From NCBI GenBank assembly GCA_963809485.1, contig CAWEJX010000001.1, forward strand, positions 192,001 to 256,000: a stretch of 64,000 bases of DNA, written 5' to 3'. The stretch comes from an uncultured Acidobacteriota bacterium. GTDB taxonomy: Bacteria; Acidobacteriota; UBA6911. The notes beneath the pieces are model-generated. The model was not told the DNA's origin and did not search any database. It saw nothing but the letters and a program-made list of their open reading frames with translations. Numbering within the stretch: the stretch's first letter is position 1; every line of letters starts with the position of its first letter. The position numbers were made by a program, and so were the translations under genes. Shown in pieces: positions 41,173 to 51,616 of this stretch.

Positions 41173-41225
41173 AAAGAAAAGCCACGTATTTTCACGGCTG
41201 CGTGAAATACGTGGCTTTTCTTTTT
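41173..41225. terminator. Intrinsic (bidirectional-type) terminator
   Basis: AAAGAAAAGCCACGTATTTTCACG-GCTG-CGTGAAATACGTGGCTTTTCTTTTT. Confidence 0.8.
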
Positions 41226-41322
41226 CCGGCCCGAATTTTGGGCGGATTTCCTGCCGCAGCGTTTCAGGCGTCTGCACCAGCCCTGATTTGAAGGTCACAG
41301 GTCGCGATTTTTTTCACCGGTA

Positions 41323-41348
41323 TGTAATAATCAGGCTATCTGCGCGTC
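41323..41348 (+). promoter_or_regulatory. ECF-type promoter (possible autoregulation)
   Basis: TGTAAT-N16-CGTC upstream of the ECF sigma gene. Confidence 0.4.
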
Positions 41349-41370
41349 ATGAGAGTCGGGGCAAACAAAT

Positions 41371-41889
41371 ATGGGAACGGCCGATAGACTCCCGGATGCG
41401 CAACCTTTCAATATGACTTCGCCGACGGAATTCGCCGCGCTTTATGAACGCAACCATGCCGCGGTCTATCACACGGCACTCCGCATCACCGGGAATCCGG
41501 CCGATGCAGAAGATGTCCTGCAAACCGTGTTTTTGCGAATACTTAGCCAGAGTGAGCGGCTCGAAGCCACCCGCTCGCCGGAGGCCTACCTGCGCCGGGC
41601 AGCGGCTAATGCCGCGATAGATCTGCTTCGACGCAGATCATCCCATGGCGAGGTCCGGCTTGAAGACAATGCCCCGCTCAGCGCCAGGGAAGAATCCGCA
41701 CTGTTAAAGGCGCAATTGAGAAATGCCGTCGCCGCGCTGGAGGAAAGCGACGCCATGCTTTTTCTGCTCCGATACGTCGAGGGGATGTCAAACGGCGAAC
41801 TGGCCGAAATGTTCGGCCAGGAGAAGAACAACATAGCCGTCCGGTTGCACCGCATCCGGCAGACTTTGCAGGCCGAAATGGACAGATAG
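41371..41889 (+). CDS. ECF RNA polymerase sigma factor
   Basis: DAEDVLQTVF region 2; region 4 EGMSNGELAE...RLHR; start may be 41413. Confidence 0.9.
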   Translation: MGTADRLPDAQPFNMTSPTEFAALYERNHAAVYHTALRITGNPADAEDVLQTVFLRILSQSERLEATRSPEAYLRRAAANAAIDLLRRRSSHGEVRLEDNAPLSAREESALLKAQLRNAVAALEESDAMLFLLRYVEGMSNGELAEMFGQEKNNIAVRLHRIRQTLQAEMDR

Positions 41890-41906
41890 AATAGGAGGTC
41901 GGTGAA

Positions 41907-44327
41907 ATGTCAGAAGACCGCTTGGAAAAGGCTTTGGAGGCAATCAGGAACGAAAGCGCCACTCCCGAACAGCTCGAAAGCGCGCGAGTCCGCGTCTGGG
42001 AAAATCTTGAGAGTGCAACGGTTTGCGCCGAATTCCGGCTTCAATTCCATGACTATCTGGACGGACGGATTTCCGACAACCGGCGTCTATTGCTGGAAGA
42101 CCACCTGAGCCGATGTCCGCAATGCCGGGCACAAATGGCCGGGCTAAAGGGACTGGCTACCCTGATTCCCATGCCGCGCAGGCGCGCCTCCGTGCCGCTC
42201 CGCTGGGCAGCATGGACAGCGGCAGCGGTTTTGTTTCTTGGAATCATCTATCTGGGACGCGGCAGGATCGATGCGTTGCTGGCATCCGGCGGGCCGCGGG
42301 CTACAGTTGCCTCGGTTGCCGGAGAACTCCACAGGGTTCCGGAAGGTCTCTTGAAGACCGGTTCCACAGTCGGTGAGAATGAGGTCATTCGCACGGGGCC
42401 CGGCGCTCACGCCGTTCTCCGTCTCAGCGACGGTTCTCTGGTTGAAGTCAACGAACGTACCGAACTGGCCGTGCGCGCCACATGGAGCGGGCGGTCTCTC
42501 CGGCTCGAACGGGGAGACGTTATTGTCAGGGCTGCAAAACAGCATCGGGGTTATCTGCGGGTTCAGACACGCGACACGGTCGCCTCTGTAAAGGGCACGG
42601 TATTTGCCGTCTCCGCCGGATTCAGCGGATCGCTGGTTTCCGTGGTTGAAGGCTCGGTGGCCGTCAGCCAGCCCGGCGTGGAACTGCTTCTGACCGCGGG
42701 GGACCAGGCGGCCTCCAATCCGGCGCTGACGGAATCAGTGCAGAGCGCTGTGTCATGGAGCCCTGATGCCGAAACCTATCTTGCGATGTTGGCCTCGCTG
42801 GCCAAAGTTGAAAAACAGATCGCCGAGCTTCCTTCCCCATCACTGAGCGTGCAATCCAGGCTGATTCAGTACATGCCTCAAGGCATGGTCGTATATGGCG
42901 CAGTTCCCAATCCTGGCGGAATAATCAGCCAGGCCATGGCGCTTGGGGATCAGCAATCGGCGGAAAGCCCGGCCTTCGGTCAATGGTGGGATTCCGCATC
43001 GGGCCAGGGATTGAAGCAGCTTGTCGCGCGCATTCAAAGCATCACACCGCTTCTGGGCAACGAGATAATTTACGGGCTCTCCGCGAGTTCATCCGGAACC
43101 ATTCCGATAATTCTCGCTGAAGCACGGGATGGGAAGCAAAACGAGCTGAGCGCCGCATTAGGCAATTTGGGTGCAGGAGCAGGAGGATCTGCCCTGCCCT
43201 ATCGTCTCACAGGCACACTGCTTGCCATTTCCGATTCAAAAGAGCATCTCGATTGGCTGTGCGATCACCTGGGTCAGGGCGCGGGGACACCATTCGCCGC
43301 AGAGATTGCCGCCCGTTATCAGGAGGGCGCCGGGTGGCTCCTCGGCATCGACATGGATGCTCTTCTATCCTTACGCAGCATGGCCGACGATCCTCTGAGC
43401 CATGAGCAGCAGGTTAAGCACATCTTCGTCGAGCAGCGCAAGAGCCAGGGAATCGAGGAGAACGAGTTGGCCGTTGCATTCAAGGGTCCCCGGTCGGGCA
43501 TAGCTTCCCTGCTGGCAAGCACAGGTTCGGGTGGTGCCGCAGAGTATCTTTCCAACGATGCAATCGCCGCCATTTACGTTTCCACACGCGAGCCGCGACA
43601 GCTGTTCGAAGAACTGATGGCCCGGCTTTCCCGGTCGGCGCCTTCGTTCCAGAGCGCTCTCGAACAGGCCGAAGCGAAACTCGGAGCCGGCTTTATGCAA
43701 GATCTCGCCGGCGCGATCGGCACGGAATCGGCATTCGCGGTCGAGGGGCTTTCGGCCGCAGGGCCCGTCTGGGAGCTGGCGGTGCTCGTGAATGATTCAT
43801 CCGCACTTGAGCGCTCCATACAGCGCCTGGTGGATATCGGAAACGCCGAGATTGAACAAGCGGGCCAGTCCGGCCGGATCCTGCTCGAGCAGGATGTCGC
43901 CGATGGCAGAACGTGGACCACTATGAGTAGTCCCTCAACGAAATGGTCGATTTCATGGACCTACGACCGCGGCTATATGGTGGCCGGATCCGACCGTGCC
44001 GCAGCGGCACGCGCCATTGCCACGCGTAACAGCGGCTCGCCGCTTGTCTGGTCTGCCGCATTTCAGCAGCAACTGCCGCCGTCGGCAGGACTGCACCCGG
44101 CAGGCTTTGCCTGGCTGAACACCCGGGGTGCTTTGCAGAATTTTGCCGCGCTGGCGCCGAATCCTGCTTTCCAGAAACTGATCGCGGAGCGGGACCCGAT
44201 CCTGGTAGTCTTTGGAGGTACGACGGAACAAATCCGTGCCACAAGTCGTACTCGGTTATCAGGATTCGTGATGAACGCGCTGCTAATGCAGGGTATGGGA
44301 CTGGCACGCACAGATACCCCGCAGTAG
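41907..44327 (+). CDS. Anti-sigma factor: zf-HC2 + TM + FecR + large periplasmic domain
   Basis: HLSRCPQC, TM helix, FecR motifs (LSDGS.VE, ASVKGTVF, VSVVEGSV). Confidence 0.85.
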   Translation: MSEDRLEKALEAIRNESATPEQLESARVRVWENLESATVCAEFRLQFHDYLDGRISDNRRLLLEDHLSRCPQCRAQMAGLKGLATLIPMPRRRASVPLRWAAWTAAAVLFLGIIYLGRGRIDALLASGGPRATVASVAGELHRVPEGLLKTGSTVGENEVIRTGPGAHAVLRLSDGSLVEVNERTELAVRATWSGRSLRLERGDVIVRAAKQHRGYLRVQTRDTVASVKGTVFAVSAGFSGSLVSVVEGSVAVSQPGVELLLTAGDQAASNPALTESVQSAVSWSPDAETYLAMLASLAKVEKQIAELPSPSLSVQSRLIQYMPQGMVVYGAVPNPGGIISQAMALGDQQSAESPAFGQWWDSASGQGLKQLVARIQSITPLLGNEIIYGLSASSSGTIPIILAEARDGKQNELSAALGNLGAGAGGSALPYRLTGTLLAISDSKEHLDWLCDHLGQGAGTPFAAEIAARYQEGAGWLLGIDMDALLSLRSMADDPLSHEQQVKHIFVEQRKSQGIEENELAVAFKGPRSGIASLLASTGSGGAAEYLSNDAIAAIYVSTREPRQLFEELMARLSRSAPSFQSALEQAEAKLGAGFMQDLAGAIGTESAFAVEGLSAAGPVWELAVLVNDSSALERSIQRLVDIGNAEIEQAGQSGRILLEQDVADGRTWTTMSSPSTKWSISWTYDRGYMVAGSDRAAAARAIATRNSGSPLVWSAAFQQQLPPSAGLHPAGFAWLNTRGALQNFAALAPNPAFQKLIAERDPILVVFGGTTEQIRATSRTRLSGFVMNALLMQGMGLARTDTPQ

Positions 44328-44389
44328 TCAGGCCCCTGGTCGGAACAGGGCTAAAACAGCAGCTATGGGAGGATCCGGGAATACGGTCC

Positions 44390-45346
44390 ATGGCATCTGC
44401 CGTCATCGATGTGGAGAACCTCAGAGTAAAGCTTGGGCGCCGGGAGATCCTCCGCGGGATATCCTGCTGTCTTGGCACTGCGGGAACCGGTAAAGCGATC
44501 GGCTTGCTGGGCCCGAACGGCGCAGGGAAATCAACCTTCATTCTGACTTTGCTGGGATTCCACAAACCGCTGGATGGACGCATGCGCGTGCTGGGCTACG
44601 ACTGCCGGAGCCGGCTGCGGGAGATGCGGGCGCATACCGGGTTCATGCCCGAGACCGATTCTTTCATAGCCAACATGACGGCCGTTGCTTTCCTGCGCCT
44701 TATGGCTGAGCTTTCCGGGCTTCCCGCAAAAATCGCGCTGGAGAAGGCGCACGAGGCGCTGTTTCATGTCGGGCTGGGCGAAGCCCGATATCGCGAACTG
44801 AGGACCTATTCGCAAGGGATGAAACAGATGGCCAAGCTGGCCCAGGCGATTGTTCACGGCCCGGAGCTGCTGATTCTCGACGAACCGACCAATGGATTGG
44901 ACCCTTCAGCGCGGCTGCGGATGCTCAAGCTGGTTCGCGAAATGAAGGAAGAGCAGGGCATGAACGTGCTCCTGTGCTCCCACCTGTTGCGGGACGTCGA
45001 GCAGGTGTGCGACGAGGTCGTCATCATGAAGGACGGCTTGATTGTTCACGAATGCAACATTGAGGAGGAGCGCCGCTCCAACAAGCGATTCGTGGAACTC
45101 GAAGTCACAGGAAGTGACGGGAACCTGGGCACGGCATTGCCGGAAATCGGTGCGGAAGGAGTCACCGAGGGGAATGGCCGATGGCGCATCGTCCTGCCTC
45201 CCGCAGTGGAGGTCAAAGCTTTATGGGGCCTGCTGGGGCGGCAGAACCTCCTGGTCAGGAAGCTCACGCATCGCCGCGACACGCTCGAGGAGATCTTCCT
45301 GAAGGCCATGGGTCACATCACGCGCACTCCCGGGGAAACTCAATGA
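44390..45346 (+). CDS. ABC transporter ATP-binding protein
   Basis: GPNGAGKST, YSQGMKQ, LILDEPTNGLD, SH. Confidence 0.93.
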   Translation: MASAVIDVENLRVKLGRREILRGISCCLGTAGTGKAIGLLGPNGAGKSTFILTLLGFHKPLDGRMRVLGYDCRSRLREMRAHTGFMPETDSFIANMTAVAFLRLMAELSGLPAKIALEKAHEALFHVGLGEARYRELRTYSQGMKQMAKLAQAIVHGPELLILDEPTNGLDPSARLRMLKLVREMKEEQGMNVLLCSHLLRDVEQVCDEVVIMKDGLIVHECNIEEERRSNKRFVELEVTGSDGNLGTALPEIGAEGVTEGNGRWRIVLPPAVEVKALWGLLGRQNLLVRKLTHRRDTLEEIFLKAMGHITRTPGETQ

Positions 45347-45408
45347 GCGACGCTTCCGAAGTTCGATCTTCGCGGCAGCGGCCGGGCATAAACCGAACGG
45401 GATAACGG

Positions 45409-46269
45409 ATGGCTGTATATAGGCGCGGGTATCAAAGGTATCAAGGGCCTGTACGGGGGCGCGGGGCGAGGTTTATGGTGCTTCCCCGCTTTGCCTGGCG
45501 GGGATTGTTCGCGCAGCGCCTGGTTGTGCTGCTTACGGTTGTCGCCATGATCTGGCCGTTTCTGTGCGCCCTGTTCATTTATCTCACCAACCATGCCGAC
45601 CTCCTGAAGGGATTGGGCAAGCAATTCCAGAGCTTCATTGAAGTGAACGGCAATTTCTTCCTGGTTTTTATGAATGTCCAGGCAACTTTTGCGGTCTTCC
45701 TCGCGGCGCTTACGGGTCCGGGACTGATCGCCCAGGATCTCGTGAATAATGCATTGCCGCTTTATTTCAGCCGTCCGATCACCCGGCTGGACTACGTCGT
45801 GGCCAGGTTTCTCACGCTGTTCGGAATGCTTTCCATCGTCACATGGATTCCCGGACTGTTCCTGTTCGGCATGCAGGCGGCCATGGCCGACAGGGGGTGG
45901 CTTCGCGCGAACTGGGAGCTGGGCGCCGGCATGATCGCCGGATTCGCTATCTGGATATCCCTGGTAAGCCTGGTTGCGTTGGCAAGCTCAGCGCTCGCCA
46001 GACTCAAAGTGGTGGCAGGCGGGATTGTGCTAGGCTTCTTCTTCATACTGGCCGGCGTATCCGTGATGATCAACGGTATTTTCCGTGCGACGTGGGGCTC
46101 CGCCCTGAATCCCGCATGGACTGTCCGCCGCTTGTGGTATGCGATGCTTCAACTGGATCCGCCGGCCGGCCCCGGCGTAATGGCCTGCCTGCTGGTTCTG
46201 GCGGCAGTCACGCTTTTGCTTGTATCCATCATCGAGCGCAAAGTACGCGCGGTCGAGGTGATTTCGTGA
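45409..46269 (+). CDS. ABC-2 type permease
   Basis: Multiple TM helices; IAQD..NNALPLYFSRPITR.DY. Confidence 0.85.
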   Translation: MAVYRRGYQRYQGPVRGRGARFMVLPRFAWRGLFAQRLVVLLTVVAMIWPFLCALFIYLTNHADLLKGLGKQFQSFIEVNGNFFLVFMNVQATFAVFLAALTGPGLIAQDLVNNALPLYFSRPITRLDYVVARFLTLFGMLSIVTWIPGLFLFGMQAAMADRGWLRANWELGAGMIAGFAIWISLVSLVALASSALARLKVVAGGIVLGFFFILAGVSVMINGIFRATWGSALNPAWTVRRLWYAMLQLDPPAGPGVMACLLVLAAVTLLLVSIIERKVRAVEVIS

Positions 46270-47198
46270 CCGAGCCCGCTGTCATTTTCGACGAAGTCTC
46301 GAAGTTCTACGGCGAAGTGCTCGGCGTGAACCGAGTCACGTTGCATATTCCACCGGGCATCACAAGCCTGGTAGGACCCAATGGCGCGGGCAAAACCACG
46401 CTGCTGAACCTGATGACGGGGCTCATCCATCCCGACAACGGAACTATCCGCATGCGCGGGATTTCACCGCGCGATCCCGAGCACTTGATGCGCATCACCG
46501 GATACGCCACTCAGTACGACGCCGCGCCCCGCTGGGCCACCGGCTTCAGCTTCATCACCACGGGCCTGCTGCTGCATGGATACAGCCGGCCGGAAGCCGA
46601 GGAAAAAGCCTGGAAGGCGCTTGAGCTTCTGGGCCTTTCCGATGCGGCACAGCGTAAAATGGCTGCCTATTCCAAAGGCATGCGCCAGCGTATCCGGCTG
46701 GCCCAGGCAATCGCTCATGAGCCCGATCTGCTGTTGCTGGATGAACCCTTGAACGGGCTGGACCCGCTGATCCGCGCGGAAACGATTGCGATGTTCAGGG
46801 ACTGGGCCGCCCGCGGGAAGCACGTGATTCTTTCCAGCCACATCCTCCAGGAAGTGGACGTCATCAGCGACCAGGTCGTCCTCATGGCAAACGGAATGAT
46901 TGTCGCCGAGGGCACGATCCGCGACGTGCGCGAGGAAATCCACGAGCATCCCAGCCAGTTCATCGTTCGCTGCCGCGACGCCTCGCGCATCGCGGCGCTC
47001 CTGTTTCACGAAGACCACATAGCCGAAATCCGGCTGAACGAAGACAAGTCGGGGTTGCTGGTAAAGACCAGAGACCGTGAGCGATTCTCCGGAGCCCTGG
47101 GCCGCATTGCCAACGACGGCTACGAGATCAACGGCGTCATACCGGCCGATGAAAACGTTGACGCCCTTTATGAATACCTGATCGGGGATGGGAGATAG
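46266..47198 (+). CDS. ABC transporter ATP-binding protein
   Basis: GTGA overlap start; GPNGAGKTT, YSKGMRQR, LLDEPLNGLD. Confidence 0.92.
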   Translation: MTEPAVIFDEVSKFYGEVLGVNRVTLHIPPGITSLVGPNGAGKTTLLNLMTGLIHPDNGTIRMRGISPRDPEHLMRITGYATQYDAAPRWATGFSFITTGLLLHGYSRPEAEEKAWKALELLGLSDAAQRKMAAYSKGMRQRIRLAQAIAHEPDLLLLDEPLNGLDPLIRAETIAMFRDWAARGKHVILSSHILQEVDVISDQVVLMANGMIVAEGTIRDVREEIHEHPSQFIVRCRDASRIAALLFHEDHIAEIRLNEDKSGLLVKTRDRERFSGALGRIANDGYEINGVIPADENVDALYEYLIGDGR

Positions 47199-47207
47199 GC
47201 TGGCGCC

Positions 47208-48737
47208 ATGAGAGACCGGTTCTGGCTTCAACAGGCATGGACGATCGCGAAGATCGAGTTGCGGCGCGCCTTTTTTTCCAAAAGGGCATTCTGGGTCTAT
47301 GGGCTGGCCCTGTTGCCATCGATCATTTTTTTGGGTCACAGCGTGGCGGCAAATTTCCGACGTCATGGCCTGGCTTCCCATGGCTTTTTGCAGCCGGCTC
47401 TGGTCGAAAACATCAACAACGGCGAATCCGTCGACGACGTCATACTACGCCTCGGTGAACCGCCTCAGGATTTTCAATGGGTAAGTTACCGGCATGCCCG
47501 CACCGAAGGCGAGGCTTCCGGCATCACGACGCACAAGATCGAGCCGGCCTCTGAGGCGCGTTTCGTCAGGCTGCAGATCTTGTCGCCTAACTACAACAAC
47601 GATCCCTTCGCAAGGATCTATGAAATGGAAGTCTACGGCGACGAACCTCGCAACCTTGCGCTGAATCGCCCCGCCATCGGCAGCCCGGCCTGCAGCCCAG
47701 AAGAGGGCCCCGAAAAGGCTTTCAACGGCAGCGTTAAGGGCGGCAAAAAAGACCGCTTCTGCACTTCCGCCTGGAATCGTTTTCTCCAGGTCGACCTTGG
47801 CTCGGCTTTCGCGATCAAGCGTATTGTCGTCAAACACGCCAGCGCCGGCGGTGAAAGCGAGGAACTCAACACCCGGCTCTATAACATCCAGGCAGGCAAG
47901 GACAACAAGAAGTTCGCCACGATTGTAAATGCCGCGGGCGCGCGGCTCGTGGATGAGATTACGGCCCGCCGCAGGCTTGCCTATTCCGACGGGAAGCGTG
48001 AGGTGCGACTCGAGTTTTCCGACGGCAAGCTTGTCTCAAAAGATATCCGCCCGCTTTTAAGCCTGGAAGAGGATCGGCGGATATTCGCCGGAGTGTTCCA
48101 GTATTTTTATTTGAGACTGGCAATATTTTTTGGCTGCCTGGGGATTTTCATGAATCTCTTCCGCGGTGAACTGCTGGACAAGACTCTCCACTTCTGGTTC
48201 CTCGCTCCCGCCCGTCGTGAGATTCTGCTGGCCGGCAAATATGGCGCCGGATTGATCGCTTCAATCGTGATCTTTGCCGGAGGCGCGCTCCTCTGTTTCG
48301 GCGTGCTGCTCTGGACGCACGATCCCGTTGAAGTTCAGGCGTACTGGCAAAACGCCGGGATGGTCCACGCTTTCTGGTATGCCATAGCCGCGGTGTTTGC
48401 CTGTGTCGGCTACGGGAGCGTCTTCCTGGCGGCGGGACTCCTGATGCGCAATCCGATCATTCCCGCGGCGGTGTTGCTCGCGTGGGAGAGCGTTAACGGC
48501 TTCCTGCCCGAGCTTCTTCAGAAGCTGAGCGTGCTGCATTACCTGCAATCGCTCTGCCCCGTTTCCGCCCCTGCCGATCAGAGTATGCCGGCAATCCTGC
48601 AACTGCTGCTGGCCCCGGCCGCGCCGGCCGCGCGCATCGGCGCCATCCTGGGATTGCTGGCGGTCACGGCGTTCGTGCTATCGCTTGCCTGCCTGGCGAT
48701 CCGGCGGATGCAGGTTTCCTACAGTACGGAAACCTAG
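47208..48737 (+). CDS. ABC-2 type permease with extracytoplasmic discoidin (F5/8C, CBM32)-like insert
   Basis: TM1, a large loop with ARFVRL/RIYEMEVYG/NLALNRP/LQVDLG, then ABC-2 TM block (GELLDKTLHF.FLAP.RR...AGKY). Confidence 0.82.
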   Translation: MRDRFWLQQAWTIAKIELRRAFFSKRAFWVYGLALLPSIIFLGHSVAANFRRHGLASHGFLQPALVENINNGESVDDVILRLGEPPQDFQWVSYRHARTEGEASGITTHKIEPASEARFVRLQILSPNYNNDPFARIYEMEVYGDEPRNLALNRPAIGSPACSPEEGPEKAFNGSVKGGKKDRFCTSAWNRFLQVDLGSAFAIKRIVVKHASAGGESEELNTRLYNIQAGKDNKKFATIVNAAGARLVDEITARRRLAYSDGKREVRLEFSDGKLVSKDIRPLLSLEEDRRIFAGVFQYFYLRLAIFFGCLGIFMNLFRGELLDKTLHFWFLAPARREILLAGKYGAGLIASIVIFAGGALLCFGVLLWTHDPVEVQAYWQNAGMVHAFWYAIAAVFACVGYGSVFLAAGLLMRNPIIPAAVLLAWESVNGFLPELLQKLSVLHYLQSLCPVSAPADQSMPAILQLLLAPAAPAARIGAILGLLAVTAFVLSLACLAIRRMQVSYSTET

Positions 48738-48901
48738 CGGCATCGCCGGATCGAATGAACGTTGCCTTCGTGCTCGACCATCCACAGGGAGGAAGTGAGA
48801 ATCCCACGCCCAAGCCTGACATTTTATGGCTGCCGGCAGCTCAAAGGGGACTGATCGGAACCGATAAATGACAAATCTGTATTCTCGCGCAATAGGTATC
48901 T

Positions 48902-49025
48902 TATACAGAGCGTCATATATAATGCCGCATCCACTGAGAAATGGTTTGAATTGAGGCTTGCCGACGCCGGGGCGGGCTGATTCGATCCTTTCCAGCATGC
49001 GGCATCATTTATGACGCCCTGTATA
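48902..49025. repeat. 124-bp MITE-like element with 29-bp terminal inverted repeats
   Basis: TATACAGAGCGTCATATATAATGCCGCAT / ATGCGGCATCATTTATGACGCCCTGTATA (26/29 match). Confidence 0.55.
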
Positions 49026-49036
49026 GAAGCTTTTTG

Positions 49037-49128
49037 AACCGCAGAATGTCGAATAATGAATAATGAATTGCGAAGACCGATCCCGGCTTCTGCGGTTCGA
49101 CATTCGAAATTCGATATTCATTATTGCT
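49037..49128. repeat. Heptamer-tandem inverted-repeat element
   Basis: GAACCGCAGAA-TGTCGAATAATGAATAATGAAT ... TTCTGCGGTTC-GACATTCGAAATTCGATATTCATTATT. Confidence 0.55.
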
Positions 49129-49237
49129 GTCAGAACCCCGGGAAAAGACGCATGCTCCAGCATTTGTCAGACTGGTTCTGCATCACTGGCAGAGCCCGTG
49201 GATACCCGAATGGATAAGGGAATTGTCGATGTAGGCA

Positions 49238-51109
49238 CTAATAACTCAAACCGTAGCCGAAGGGAAAGAGCGGATCGTAACGGTCTTTCGGGCCGTTGAT
49301 ATTGAGCGGCAACTGATCCATCGACTTCGGCCAGGAAAACGAAAGCTTCCCGGTCGGGCCATAATCTCCGAAAACCACGTCCGCAATTCCCTGCCCTTCG
49401 GTCCCCGGCAGAAAAGCGGCTATGAAAGCATCCGCCCGGGCAAGGACGCTGTTAATGATCATCGGGCGGCCGGAGATCAGGATCACAACTACCGGTATGC
49501 CGAGGCTTTTCAGATTATCGACGGCGCGGATATCTTCCGCCTCGAGCGCAAGGTCCGAGCGGTCCCCAACTCCTTCCGCGTAGGGCCGCTCACCGATAAC
49601 CGCGATAGCGAGCGAGGCGCCTTCCGCACCGGTCCCATCCTCCGAATAGGTTACCCTGGTTGCGTCGGATACAGCAGCTTTGACGGCATCCAGAACCGTT
49701 GTGCCGCCCGGTGTCACGTTGCCGCTTTGCCCTTGCCACTGAACGGTCCACCCGCCGCACTGATTCCCGATATTGTCGGCGCTCTTGCCGGAGACGTGGA
49801 TACGCGAGAGCTTTTTGGAAATGGGCAGCGCCCTGCCCTCGTTTTTCAAAAGCACAAGGGATTTGCGCACCGCCTCCCGTGCAACAGCACGGTGCGAGGC
49901 CGAACCGAAAGACTCGTGCAATTTCCTGTCGGCGAGCTGGGACCGGTTTTTGTCCATCAGGCCCATGGCGAACTTGACCCGCAGGATGCGCGTGACCGCA
50001 TCGTCGATCCTTGACATGGGCACCCTGCCTTCATGGACCAGTTCCTTCAGTTTCTCATAGAAATCACGGTAATGGTTAGGTTCCATGGCCATATCCATTC
50101 CTGCATTGATGGATATTTCGATGGCTCCCTTGTAGTCACCCGGCTTTACCTGACCGATTGCGTTGTAGTCGGAAATCAGGAAACCTTCGAATCCCAACTC
50201 CTGTTTGAGAATTTCAGTCAACAGGCGTTTGCTGGCGGAGCAGCGTGTTCCATTCCATGAGCTGTACGAGGGCATGATGCTGCCGACGCCCGAATTCACA
50301 GCGGCGATGTAACCGGGCAGGTGGATGCGGCGCAGCGTTGCTTCATCGATTTTGGTATCACCCTGGTCGAGCCACAGGCGGCCCATGTTGGCAGGGGGAA
50401 CTCCGGGTCGCCCGGCCGTCGTGGCCGATGTGCCGCCGTCTCCGACGTAGTGCTTGGCGCAGGCCAGAATGGAAAGCGGGTGGCCCAGGTCGACTCCCTG
50501 CATTCCGCGGACCGCAGCCTCGCCGAGGCTTCGTACCACTGCAGGATCCTCAGAAAAACCTTCATAGGTCCTTCCCCAGCGGATGTCCTGTGGAACCGTC
50601 ACGCAGGGCGAGAAGGTCCATTGAATCCCGGTAGCCCGCACTTCCTCTGCCGTGACCCGGCCGATTTTTTCCACCAAAACCGGATCCCGGGTACAGCCAA
50701 GACCGATGTTGTGCGGAAAAATGACGGCGCCCAGAACATTGCTGTGCCCATGCACCGCATCGATGCCGTACAGGATCGGAATCGCCAGGCGGGTTTTCAG
50801 GGCTTCGGCCTGAATGCGATCGTACAAATTGGTCCATGCCTCGAGGCTGTTCCCCTCGGCGGGATCCGAATTGCCGCCGCTCAGAACCGAGCCAATGTAA
50901 TATTTCTGGATATCTCCGGGATTCTCGAGCAGCGGCCCCTGCTCAGGCTGTGTCATCTGCCCGATTTTCTCTTCAAGCGTCATAACCGAAAGGAGCTCTT
51001 TCACCTGGGGATCGTTAGAGGAAAGCTTCCTAAACTGGCAAGAAGCAGGCAGGAACAAAAAGCCCAGCAACAGCAGGCAAACTGCAGGCCCGAATATAAG
51101 GGATTTCAT
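49238..51109 (-). CDS. Exported glycoside hydrolase family 3 (beta-glucosidase/beta-glucan exohydrolase)
   Basis: [48 protein letters not shown]; signal peptide. Confidence 0.93.
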   Translation of the reverse strand: MKSLIFGPAVCLLLLGFLFLPASCQFRKLSSNDPQVKELLSVMTLEEKIGQMTQPEQGPLLENPGDIQKYYIGSVLSGGNSDPAEGNSLEAWTNLYDRIQAEALKTRLAIPILYGIDAVHGHSNVLGAVIFPHNIGLGCTRDPVLVEKIGRVTAEEVRATGIQWTFSPCVTVPQDIRWGRTYEGFSEDPAVVRSLGEAAVRGMQGVDLGHPLSILACAKHYVGDGGTSATTAGRPGVPPANMGRLWLDQGDTKIDEATLRRIHLPGYIAAVNSGVGSIMPSYSSWNGTRCSASKRLLTEILKQELGFEGFLISDYNAIGQVKPGDYKGAIEISINAGMDMAMEPNHYRDFYEKLKELVHEGRVPMSRIDDAVTRILRVKFAMGLMDKNRSQLADRKLHESFGSASHRAVAREAVRKSLVLLKNEGRALPISKKLSRIHVSGKSADNIGNQCGGWTVQWQGQSGNVTPGGTTVLDAVKAAVSDATRVTYSEDGTGAEGASLAIAVIGERPYAEGVGDRSDLALEAEDIRAVDNLKSLGIPVVVILISGRPMIINSVLARADAFIAAFLPGTEGQGIADVVFGDYGPTGKLSFSWPKSMDQLPLNINGPKDRYDPLFPFGYGLSY

Positions 51110-51156
51110 AGGACACCCTTTCTCCAGATGTATACCTTCATGTTCAGGGCTATTGT

Positions 51157-51471
51157 ATGCACAAGCACGGGACAGGCATGCACAGAAAATTGGCGAAAAA
51201 GGGCAACTGCAGATCAGGAGCCTCCGGCAGGGCGTTTCCGGTGCGGGAGACCTCCGCCGAGACCGCAGCACAGGTCATGAAAAAGCTGAGGGAACGTTTC
51301 GGCCAGACGGCGCCTGCAAATCCTGCCGACGAGGCTTTCACCGCAATAGATAATTACCTGAACGGAATGTGCGTGTTCCGAAAGAGGAACATCATCGGAG
51401 GCTTCGCGGATTTGGAAACCGGCGATGACGGAGTGGAACAATCTGCGAAACTGGCCGCGAATATGGGATAA
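51157..51471 (+). pseudogene. Probable C-terminal gene remnant
   Basis: 3' half is protein-like (AFTAIDNYLNGMCVFRK..IIGGF) but there is no convincing start or N-terminus. Confidence 0.3.
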
Positions 51472-51616
51472 CGCTTCCTCCGGCGAGGCCGGATGCCTGA
51501 TCGCAGGCCGCCCGAAGCTCCTGAAACTACCTTGTCGGACTTTGCCCGCGAATCCCCCCGGCAAGTATTCTCCGGCAGAGCCGGAGGCTTTGATGGAAAT
51601 TGCCGGTTTATATTCC

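Noticed and set aside
45843-46265. N-terminal extension of the second ABC ATPase
   Set aside because: It overlaps the permease; the GTGA-coupled start at 46266 is more plausible.
49238-51109. NagZ linked to the mpl/amidase locus
   Set aside because: It lacks KHFPGHG; KHYVGDG is typical of beta-glucan exohydrolase-type GH3.
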